Shown here: one piece after another, positions 25,725 through 34,864 of the stretch
Position numbering within the stretch: position 1 is the first letter of the stretch
How the letters are laid out: each line of letters opens with the position of its first letter
Source: Paraglomus brasilianum
Taxonomy: Eukaryota
DNA length: 36,290 bases
Reading direction: 5' to 3'
Assembly: GCA_910592345.1 (NCBI GenBank)
Contig: CAJVPI010000296.1
Location: 1-36,290, forward strand
The notes under the pieces: generated by a model
Seen by the model: only the letters and a program-made list of their open reading frames with translations
Told to the model about the DNA's origin: nothing
Database searches by the model: none
Translations under genes and position numbers: made by a program

Positions 25725-25868
25725 GAATGCCTGAGGGATGTAGCACTGCAATAAAGTTTCATTATGTATTACCCTACTAATACGGAAAGTGCTGCAGCAT
25801 GTGCCACGTGAAATCTAAAAGGCATAAGGAATGTAACACTGCAATAAAGCGCTTATCAGCAGTTTCCG
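25725..25868 (-). repeat. Dispersed modular repeat; inverted, internally deleted copy of 31345-31612
   Basis: The reverse complement reads GAAACTGCTGATAAGCGCTTTATTGCAGT...CATTCCTTATGCCTTTTAGAT...AGCACTTTCCGTATTAGTA.GGTAATA...TTTATTGC.GTGCTACATCCCTCAGGCAT. Confidence 0.85.
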
Positions 25869-26120
25869 CTTTAGTTATAAACTCTTTGCTATCCAAGCAG
25901 TTATAGTCAACTGCCTATAATTCGACCGCTTGGGTTCCGAGGTCATCGATCGAATTAACGTACAAGTCATTATCGTCAGTTAATTACAATAGAAATAACG
26001 TATAAATAAGGTCATTCTAATACAGTGATTTAGATAGGGTGTTATTGCTCATGGGAAAAAAGCATGTGCCACAGGAAGAATACTAAACTAATTTATATTC
26101 TCAAATATCTTGGCGCAAGA

Positions 26121-26245
26121 TAAGGCTAGCTTTTTGGAGCCAAGTTATTCCGTAAGATTGGGAATGCCTGAGGAATGTAATACTGTAATTGACTAGCCAA
26201 GTTATTCCGTTACGCGGAATGCCTGAGGAATGTAGTACTGCATAC
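26121..26245. repeat. Repeat modules: (GG)AGCCAAGTTATTCCG x2 and GGAATGCCTGAGGAATGTA x2
   Basis: 26121-26152 is the inverse of 29882-29915 (21-bp perfect core). ATGCCTGAGGAATGT occurs at 26164 and 26219. Confidence 0.85.
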
Positions 26246-26843
26246 TACTGTAATTAGATAAGGAAGACATTTCTAAATTTATCCCGATATTTGAATGAGT
26301 GTATCAACATGTCATCGTGCGAGTTATGGAAAGTGATAATCAATTTAACTCATTAGAAATGCTGTTGCCGGTATATATTAAGAGTAAAACTTGTGCAACT
26401 GCTTTGCTAACATCCGAAGCAGTTACACGCATCGATGCAATTAGGAAACACGTAAAAGTGCTTATCTACATTTCCTAAATAAAGAAATCTCAATAACTTT
26501 ATTAATTTAACTTAAAATATAGTTTAACAACTCCGTACAACCCTTGAAAAAACCTTTTAGCTTAATAATTAAGTTAATAATTATTTCCACCCAGCACCAT
26601 ATTTCATTTGAAAAATTACATGTAATTGAAAGCAATCAGAAAAATACGTTAATCTGTCACACTACATGGGCACATATCCCCCGATTAGAAACACAGCAGG
26701 AGCATGTTTATAGGTGATGGTAATGGTAACCTCCGAGCGTACCGTGAATTTGTTCATATGGGTAATTCTGCGAGCGGCGAACGCTGCGTGAAAAAAAGTC
26801 GTAAATAGGTGTTTGTCTTAGCGATAGCGGCAAAGACAGATTG

Positions 26844-27299
26844 TTACCTCCAAATAATTACAACTATAAGTAATTCAATTATTATTACAATACACAGCAA
26901 AATATTGTGGTATAAAAAGTTTAGTTGAGAATCTTGCCCCAGATTTTGGTTCTCGCTCTCTGTTTCGCTCTCTGTTTCGCTCTCTGTTTCGCTCTCTGTT
27001 TCGCTCTCTGTTTCGCTCTCTGTTTCGCTCTCTGTTTCGTTCTCTTCCTCTGCTTCGCTCTTTGCTGCTAGCCCCCATACTAAGAATTCACCTCTCCTCA
27101 CAGCATCGACTTTTTTTTTTGTTAATCTTATTTTCTTAAAATCTAGAATAATGTCTGTTGACATAATTATTGTTCTGAATTGTGAGTGTCGGCAGTAAAT
27201 TTTCCAATAGTCTTTATTTATTGCGGATGACAATTCTTTATCTTTGTGTGTACGTAGTACGATAGTTAAGATTATTCTGAGTGTCTTATTTTGTACCAC
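26844..27299 (-). CDS. Hypothetical ORF with acidic ETES repeat and hydrophobic C-terminal tail (possibly a relic; first ATG is internal)
   Basis: Open frame of 151 codons with no recognisable domain. Part of its openness is due to the minisatellite. Confidence 0.3.
   Translation of the reverse strand: MVQNKTLRIILTIVLRTHKDKELSSAINKDYWKIYCRHSQFRTIIMSTDIILDFKKIRLTKKKVDAVRRGEFLVWGLAAKSEAEEENETESETESETESETESETESETESETESENQNLGQDSQLNFLYHNILLCIVIIIELLIVVIIWR
26953..27039. repeat. 12-bp minisatellite (TCGCTCTCTGTT)x7
   Basis: Seven perfect tandem units. They read (ETES)n in the minus-strand ORF 26844-27299. Confidence 0.95.
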
Positions 27300-27510
27300 A
27301 ACAATTTTTTAACGTGTAATACGCTTGCTATGCGCAACCGGCTAATAAAACATGTATATTTGGTGTTTATGAATACAAATAATCACATAATAGGAATATA
27401 TATATTATAATGCATCTTTATATAATAACATCTAGAAACAATATGAATATAAAACATATAAAACTGTATAAAATATCAATATTTACGTTTGTTATATTTG
27501 TACACGTCAC

Positions 27511-27700
27511 GCTACATCCCTCAGGCATGTCTTAGTACAGTACTAATATAGAAAAGTACTGATAAATAAGGAATGTGGAACAAACTGGGCATTCTTAATA
27601 TGGAAAAGTGCTGATAATAAATCTGTAGTGCTACATTCCGCATATTCGGGCATTCCTTAAATTAACTCGTTTCTGATGGGGCAAAAAAATTTTTTTTTGC
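27511..27700 (+). repeat. Dispersed repeat; inverted counterpart of 34296-34460
   Basis: The reverse complement shares CAAAAAAAATTTTTTT.GC, TTTTCCATATTAAGA, TTCCACATTCCTTATTTATC.G.ACTTTTC.ATATTAGTACTG and AGACATGCCTGAGGGA in the same order. Confidence 0.85.
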
Positions 27701-27741
27701 TAGACGGGTGTAACATCTGCCCCTGTGCGTGTGCGAATGTC

Positions 27742-28002
27742 TCAATGTAATACTGGCTGCTCCTCGGGCTGCTCCTCGGGAGATACTGGCTGCGGGCCTT
27801 CTTCGAAGAAACGTTGAAATTCTTTTACCGAAACGTTTTCGTTGAAAATCTCCGAAAGCGTGTGAAGTATTATAGAAATTCGCGTTGGCGCTTCTACTTT
27901 ATCCGGAACACTGCGAGGATGGTGTCTATAGATTATCGGTTTTATTTTTGATGAACCATCGTGGTACAGCACAAGTTGAGGTATAGTCGATGGTGTGTTC
28001 AT
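27742..28002 (-). CDS. Hypothetical small protein, 86 aa
   Basis: ATG-initiated ORF with higher GC than its flanks and a C-terminal PEEQPEEQP duplication. No family recognised. Confidence 0.35.
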   Translation of the reverse strand: MNTPSTIPQLVLYHDGSSKIKPIIYRHHPRSVPDKVEAPTRISIILHTLSEIFNENVSVKEFQRFFEEGPQPVSPEEQPEEQPVLH

Positions 28003-28506
28003 TGTCGATTGCTAAGTTGCTTTTTAGCTCAAAAGGAAGTCTTCCTCAGACGTATTTATGTTCCTGAAGCTGTTACACAGCAGTTACACTGCATTGATGA
28101 TGGTCGATTAGTTTGCTGCTGATGGAGAAGATAATAGATTGATTAATAATTGCTGCTCTATGACATATTGTGTAACTGCTTTAGCATATGTTGAGATCAG
28201 TCTTGCTATCCTTATCAATGCAGTGTAACTGCTTTGAATGTTACCAAAGCAGGCACTTTTACTCGTTGGAATCAAATGCGGCAAGGCTTTTGTGGCTAGA
28301 AGCGATTTGCGTTACGGAATAAGAATTCGCTTCAACGAAAATGTTCCTCCGAAACAGAAAATATAAAGTCAACGGTACCATTGTGAAGTATACATAGACG
28401 GCAACTGGGTCAGTTCGGACGGCGAGGACAGCAACAACAACATCAACAACAAACAACAACAAGAACAGCAACACTCTCGTTACTTCAAGGCATGTCCGAC
28501 AGAATA

Positions 28507-28790
28507 AACCTTTAAGATAAATTGCTAAACTGTTGTTATATTGATTGTATATAGAATTTAAACAGATTGATCGTTATAAGAATGTAAACTAAACCTTTAA
28601 ATATAAATTGCTAAACCTTTTAAATATAAATTTGTTGTGTGCTGTCTGCTCGTCTGTAAATTGTGAAAATACAAAACTGTTGTTGGTATCTTAAACAGAT
28701 TGATCGTTATATAGAATGTAAACATGAGAATACTAAATCTTTAAATATAAATTGCTAAACCTTTTAAATATAAATTCGTTGTGTGCTGCC
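28507..28790. repeat. Tandem partial duplications of the F-box gene 3' end and flank
   Basis: CTTTAA.ATAAATTGCTAAAC x3, TTAAACAGATTGATCGTTATA x2, and CTTTTAAATATAAATT.GTTGTGTGCTG at about 28617 and 28761. Confidence 0.85.
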
Positions 28791-29798
28791 CGGTATAGGG
28801 TCCGGTATAGGTAACCTGTCTCCTTGGAAGTCAACTATGTTCAGTAAATGAGTTAAGTCCGGTAAACTGTTTCCGTGGAAGTCAGCTAAGCTCCGTTCAA
28901 ATTTTATAATTTTTTGGTTCTTAGTTTGAATGACTGTACAAAAGTTTGCTCCAGTCTTCAGCAAACGTACAGTTAAATAGTCAATTACAAGAAGTAGTTC
29001 TTCCAGCGAATGAATGGTTGGTAGCAGGAGCACTACGTTGTTTCCGTAAGTTTCCGTTGGATATATGGTAATTGATGCAGTAGTTAAACAGCTTTGAGAC
29101 TGGATCAACTTCTTCAATGCAGTTATTTCAGTTTCACCAAAGTCACGATTATGGTCATTATTGGATAATGTTGCTGTCAACATAGTAATGCGATGACAAA
29201 CCATGGAGAGTTCATCAAGAACTTTGACCATTCCAGAGTTGGATGCTATTCCGAGTTCCGTTATACAAGAAATAAGTGTTGGAAATTTAAAAAGAAGCGA
29301 GTAGATAACTTCATTGATTTTTAGATCCCACGCATATATTCTCAAAGATATTAACTTAACCCGCGTGCTTAACGTCTTCAGGATAGGTTCTGTCAGTTCC
29401 AGGATACGTGCTGTCAAATAGTTGTCCCGCTTACCGAGTGGCATTTTGATAAATTCGTAGTCATTTTTTACAATATCGTCCTCTATTGATTGTATTAACC
29501 ACGAGTAATGAAGAACTTTCAGGTAACTGGCGTACGGAAGCAGAAGCGGTTTTGAAGTCTCAGTAGTAAGCTGACAATCCGAAATCTTAGTAGTAAGCTG
29601 ACAATCCAATGAGCGGACAAACACGTTGAATGGCAGCGGCAGTTTAATTTGACAAGTGGGGTCCGACCAGATAAGAGGAGCTGCTATTGTGAACCAAAAC
29701 CGAGTAACTTTCAGACAGGCCCGTAATTCACTTAATTCTATTTTCAACAGTATCTCGCGGAGAATAAAAGCTGAATTAAGGGGATGAACAGCTTCCAT
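28764..29798 (-). CDS. F-box domain protein with LRR-like C-terminus, intronless, about 344 aa
   Basis: N-terminal F-box-like ILREILLKIELSELRACLKVTRFWFTIAAPLIWSDP, followed by LLPYASYLKVLHY, typical of expanded Mucoromycota F-box proteins. Internal 27-nt duplication DCQLTTKIS/DCQLTTETS. First ATG at 29798. Confidence 0.85.
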   Translation of the reverse strand: MEAVHPLNSAFILREILLKIELSELRACLKVTRFWFTIAAPLIWSDPTCQIKLPLPFNVFVRSLDCQLTTKISDCQLTTETSKPLLLPYASYLKVLHYSWLIQSIEDDIVKNDYEFIKMPLGKRDNYLTARILELTEPILKTLSTRVKLISLRIYAWDLKINEVIYSLLFKFPTLISCITELGIASNSGMVKVLDELSMVCHRITMLTATLSNNDHNRDFGETEITALKKLIQSQSCLTTASITIYPTETYGNNVVLLLPTIHSLEELLLVIDYLTVRLLKTGANFCTVIQTKNQKIIKFERSLADFHGNSLPDLTHLLNIVDFQGDRLPIPDPIPGSTQRIYI

Positions 29799-30300
29799 TT
29801 TGTGATTCAGCAACTGGGGGGGGGGGGGGGGGAACTCATCTATTTCTGAAAAAAAATTTTTTTGCACGTTGCGCTATTACGCGGAATAACTTGGCTCCAA
29901 AAGGCTATAGCCTTATATTAAGTATAGAATGGTTGGGAATCTGAATTTTTTTCCGCCCGAAGCACGAGGATGGAAATTATTTTTTCCCATACACAAATAA
30001 GGTATCGTGACGCGACTGAAATTTTTTGTCTCCTTAATACAATCTGGAAGTTTCATCTATAATTCTACCTCTTACAAGCATGCGTTCATGGTCCAACTGT
30101 TTCAACACAATGGTCAATGTAAATAATAACAGCCCGATTTTTTTTATTTTCTAAATTTGGGTTTAGATAGCGATGCGTTATTTGTATAGTAAAACAATTG
30201 TGTGATTATGCAATAATCGAGCTACAGCTTATTACTTTAAAATCAATGTTACATACACGCAAAATGTAAATTGACTAATCGTTATAACTTCGAACATTTT

Positions 30301-30581
30301 TTATGTGGGCACAGATCCCACATAATCTGGGTGTCCAAAACCTCGCCCTCCATTTAGTACCTCAGCGAAGAAATTCCAGAGAATGTTTGTAGGTAATTGT
30401 AGTAATTGTAATAGTGATGAATCAGTTCCAAACGTACCGTGAACTGCTGGTTCATAGGGGTATAGGTGGTAACTGTATTGCAAGCGTCGCATTCTGAAAA
30501 GATGTAAATAGTGTTTGTCTCAGTGATGTTGCGGAATTGACGCAAAACACAGTTGTTACCTCCAAATAATAAGTAGCTCAA
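30301..30581 (-). pseudogene. Frameshifted ORF relic with a diverged copy at about 26665-26860
   Basis: Two overlapping short ORFs. Blocks TTGTTACCTCCAAATAAT, GTAAATAG.TGTTTGTCT, CGTACCGTGAA and TGGGCACA are shared in the same order with 26665-26860. Confidence 0.45.
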
Positions 30582-30749
30582 CTAGAGCAATTAGCAATAG
30601 CAGACTCTGATTTTTTTAAAGTTCAGTCTTGCATGCTCAGCGTGTTGAAAAGAGGCTACCATTGTACTTATAACTAATAACACACGTAAAAATGCACTAT
30701 ATATACTTATAGAGGAGATATTTCTAATTGGAGTTAATGCACTAATTAC

Positions 30750-31640
30750 TAATACAAGGGGTTGAACTTCCATAGAGACAATCTACTAATACTAATACGG
30801 AAACTGCTTATTGTAGTGTTACATCCCTCAGGCATTCCTTATGCTTTTGTAATACGGGGAACTTCCATAGAGACAATCGTTTTACCACTAATAATACTAA
30901 GAAACTGCTTATTGTAGTGTTACATCCCTCGGCATTCCTTATGCTTTTGTAATACAAGGGGAACTTCCTAGAGACAATCGTTTTACCAATACTAATAATA
31001 CTAATACGGAAACGCTTTATTGCAGTGTTACATCCCTCAGGCATTCTTTATGCCTTTTTACATACGAGGAGTGACAAACTACTAACGGACAAACCGTATG
31101 TAAATATCGTTGAACAAACTGTATGCGCATAATGATCTAGTATGGCGTTAACGGAGCCAAGTTATTCCGAATGGAACTTACATGTTTTTATGCAACGAAT
31201 ACCACATCATCTTAGCACTTTCCGTATTAGTATGGTAATATAACGAAAACTTTTATTGCGTGTGCTACATCCCTCAGGCATCTAAGGGATCGTCATAACG
31301 AAACTTTTATTGCAGTGCTACATCCCTCAGGCATTATTCCGACTAATACAGAAACTGCTGATAAGCGCTTTATTGCAGTCCCTCAGGCATTCCTTATGCC
31401 TTTTTAGATACAAGGAGTGACAAACTACTAACGGACAAACCGTATGTAAATATCGTTGAACAAACTGCGTTAACGGAGCCAAGTTATTCCGAATGGAACT
31501 TACATGTTTTTATGCAACGAATGTAGTACCACATCATCTTATCAGCACTTTCCGTATTAGTATGGTAATATAACGAAAACTTTTATTGCGTGTGCTACAT
31601 CCCTCAGGCATCGTCATAACGAAACTTTTATTGCAGCTAT
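30750..31640 (+). repeat. Compound satellite: three ~100-bp tandem units followed by a ~340-bp higher-order duplication
   Basis: Units 30750-30849, 30850-30949 and 30950-31059 (GAACTTCC.TAGAGACAATC...TTATTG.AGTGTTACATCCCTCAGGCATTC.TTATGC). About 31017-31345 is duplicated at about 31368-31640. Confidence 0.92.
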
Positions 31641-31731
31641 CATGCATTCTTCCTATTGTAATTTCATAATTTAATATCACAGTGCATGTGTTCCTATATA
31701 ATAAACCCTGCTTTAAGCATTAACAAAAACG

Positions 31732-32856
31732 ATGGAAGTGAATATGTGGTCGAGATTAATAAATGGTTTCACAGAGTGGCTGAGAAATACTCTGGAAGAC
31801 TATGAAGGGATTGAATGGGATGATTTGGCATTGAAAATGAGGTGAGTGGAGGAAGGGCGAATCGATAACAGAGATATTTTACTAACTGACTGTACTTGTG
31901 TTAAGTTGGATAACAGCTGGCATGTTGAATGGCGCTTTTATCGCAATAAAATTCGCAGGTCAAACCGGAATGGGGAAATTCGATAATGGTTTGGTAGGTA
32001 AAAATGACTGTTTAGTTTAGTTGGAACCCCGTTTGTGATGAAATTCCACTGCTAGTTATGGTTTACAGAAATTGGACTCATAGCAATAAGCTGCATCAAT
32101 ACTCTTGCTCTATTTATGGCAAGGAAGACATATCGAATGTTTAATCACGACAAACGTGTGAGTACCAAGCTTGGTTCGTATGCAATATGCGATTCTCGAT
32201 AGCTGATCTGTTTTTAATCAGTCTCGGCCAATATCTCAAAACGTTCGACTTGTCGATAAGAATCAAGTAGTCCAATGGACTTGCACTGGACTAGGAGCTT
32301 GCCTGTAAGAAATCATTTGTATCACAACACTTGTTTTTACGATTGACTTAATTAACGAAATACAGAGCATTAGCCGTGCAATACGTTTTCAAATCAGCGA
32401 AACAAAGCGAAGAGGATCTCGTATGGGAAGTAAGCATGTGGAACCCGTCTTTCTTCACCCTGAATCTATTTATGTAATGATTATTATGCTAATTAATTCT
32501 TGAATTATGAGATTGAGATAATTGCTTACTTACTCATGTAACAGATTTTTCTCTCCAGCGCAAGCTCTTGTTCTCCATGGGATAAACAAAGATAATTATC
32601 ATTACCATTTGGTGGTGGCGGCAATAGTATGTATGCAGGTAATAATATCATACCATGAAAATGCAATTGACTTTCACAGCGATATATTGATTCTTATCAT
32701 TTTTCGCAGATGTACGTCTTAATTAACACGTATACTAACCATCTTCAAGACAAACAAATGGTTTTTGGGGAAATGTCATACGAATACAATCACAAATTTG
32801 TATATCCACGGATAGTCAAGCTTAATTTCTCGCGTGGATGTCAGACCTACACGTAA
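31732..32856 (+). CDS. NUR1: Nuclear rim protein Nur1/Mug154 family (DUF2418), 7 exons
   Basis: Spliced product MEVNMWSRLINGFTEW...IEWDD...LIAISCINTLALFMARKTYRMF...VWEVSMWNPSFFTLNLFIFFSPAQ...LQDKQMVFGEMSYEYNHKFVYPR...GCQTYT*. The VWExxxWxP..FSP and DK....EY..KFV.PR family motifs are present. All introns are GT-AG. Essentially missed by the ORF track. Confidence 0.88.
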
Positions 32857-32961
32857 TATTATACTTAATGCGGTTGGCTATTTGATTTAATGACACATGC
32901 ATTATCCAATATTAAAACAAGTTATACTAACGGCGAAACCGATATTACATAAGTGAAGGCG

Positions 32962-33264
32962 AAAATGACAAAATCACGTACTATATTAAAGTTTAGATCT
33001 GCGTTGCAAATTTGCCGCTTGTATTGCTGATGGAGAAGATAACACTATCTTGCAAGAACTTGATCCAAATCCAATAGATTCTGTCGGAGTCGATCCAATT
33101 CATCAGTCTTAAAATGACAAAATCACGTACTATATCAAATAAAGTTTTAGATCTGCGTTGCAAATTTGCCGCTTGTATTGCTGATGGAGAAGATAACACT
33201 ATCTTGCAAGAACTTGATCCAAATCCAATAAATTCTGTCGGAGTCGATCCAATTCATCAGTCTT
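32962..33264. repeat. Near-perfect tandem duplication, about 150 bp x2
   Basis: 32962-33110 and 33111-33264 (AAAATGACAAAATCACGTACTATA...GATCCAATTCATCAGTCTT) differ at only a few bases. Confidence 0.95.
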
Positions 33265-33750
33265 TGATATCATCCCCTCGAAATTTCTGCATCGAATTTT
33301 GAATACCAGCACATGCTCTAGCGTCGTCTTTCGATTGCTTAATACTCTCTGTTTCGCGATCTTCCTCGTCCTCGTTTTGGCAAGAGAAAATCTCTTTTGG
33401 AATGTTTATTAAAGAATCTATCCGCGCTCAAAATTATCAAATTACGCATGTTGCAACAATTGAAGTTATCTCTAAAAAACACACGCCTTTTGGACCAAGC
33501 ATCGTTTCTTACAAGCATGCGTTTATTTCTTTTTCTGAGGCAACACAATGGTCTATGGTACCACAACCCTCGCCTTGTTGCGTAAATATACACTGTAATA
33601 TAACCATTAATAGTAATATCGGGAACGTAGCACCATAAGATGTGGGTACCTTTGGATATTTGGAATACAAAAATCAATATATCTGAGTAAGGTTATATTT
33701 ACAGGCTTTATTAGTTGCAACCCAAGAGCTATATCGTATGTTTATACATT

Positions 33751-34140
33751 ATGTCAACGCTCCAATATCTCAATGATTCCGCTAAGGATTCAGCTAAGGA
33801 AAACACTAAACAATCACTGTCGGAGGAACTGCAACAAGAAATAGAAGACGCCGAATATCGTGTGCAGCACACGGAAGAGAAAGAGGAAGAGCGGTATACT
33901 AACCTACGAGGTCACATTGAGTCAGCTAAGGAAAACGCTGCAAATGATTACGATAGTCTCAAAAAATTGTATTCATCACTGGAGAAGGAACTTAAGGTGC
34001 TGCAACAAGAAATAGAAGACGTCGAACAACGATATCTAGGCGGCAAGAATTCGGACCGACTGGTTCTAGCAATGGTACCTTTTCCGTCAGCAATCCAAGC
34101 AGCTCGAATGAACACAACTAAGAATGTACATCGTAATTAG
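33751..34140 (+). CDS. Hypothetical coiled-coil protein, 129 aa, intronless
   Basis: ATG at 33751. E/K/Q-rich heptads. Internal duplication SAKEN...LQQEIEDAE.R / SAKEN...LQQEIEDVE.R. Confidence 0.55.
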   Translation: MSTLQYLNDSAKDSAKENTKQSLSEELQQEIEDAEYRVQHTEEKEEERYTNLRGHIESAKENAANDYDSLKKLYSSLEKELKVLQQEIEDVEQRYLGGKNSDRLVLAMVPFPSAIQAARMNTTKNVHRN

Positions 34141-34265
34141 CCACTTTAGTTAGTCATGTGCCAATAATTTGATATCTGCATTGATAAGACGTGTAACTGG
34201 AATGTTCTATTAAGAGTAAAACTTCGATAGAATACGGTCTCTTACACGAAAATTATTTGGGAGAA

Positions 34266-34460
34266 ATATATTAAGAGTAAAACTTGTGCATCGTACAAAA
34301 AAAATTTTTTTTTGCTTATCAGATACCCCCTTTTCCATATTAAGACATGCCTGAGATCAAAATTTTTTCCACATTCCTTATTTATCGGCACTTTTCCATA
34401 TTAGTACTGAGACATGCCTGAGGGAGCCGAACTCGTGGCTATGCCTGAGGGATGTAGTAC
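34266..34460 (-). repeat. Dispersed modular repeat (three ATGCCTGAG modules, A/T palindrome)
   Basis: Inverse of 27511-27700. 34266-34290 ATATATTAAGAGTAAAACTTGTGCA is identical to 26373-26397. Confidence 0.85.
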
Positions 34461-34864
34461 GGATGGACTATTTTTGGAAATTATTGGGCCCCATAAAAAT
34501 TATTCTGTTCCACGGCAATAAGTCAAAGATGCGTCAACATCAACTGACACAAACGCACGAAACTGTTTTTTTGAAACACAGACCTCATCGCCATAATATA
34601 CGAAATTACATTCAGTTGAAGCGCTAGAATAGTAAAAGACAAAGAGCTACAAACAGGCATACAAAAAGCGTTGGAATCAAAATGCTGTTTTTTAGATTTT
34701 GCGCCCTTTCGTGTAACTGGTTTAGAATTAGTATCTACCACGTGTCCTTTTCTTTCAAATAACGCCTCGCGTGAATTTGCTGATCGTGAGAGACCGAGAT
34801 CGCATAAAGTAACAAATATAAAAAGACTTGATCATTATTCACTTTCATTATATCTTATTCCAAT

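Noticed and set aside
29799..29867. N-terminal extension of the F-box ORF with poly-Pro
   Set aside because: Non-ATG start, derived from a G homopolymer and an A/T palindrome. The ATG at 29798 directly precedes the F-box.
30808..31044. ORF MPEGCNTAIK... with internal repeats
   Set aside because: It is a translation of the satellite, and unit indels do not preserve frame.
30750..31640. CRISPR-like appearance of a recurring ~35-bp repeat
   Set aside because: The intervening sequences are themselves repeated rather than unique spacers, spacing is irregular, no cas genes are present, and the context is a eukaryotic intron-containing genome.
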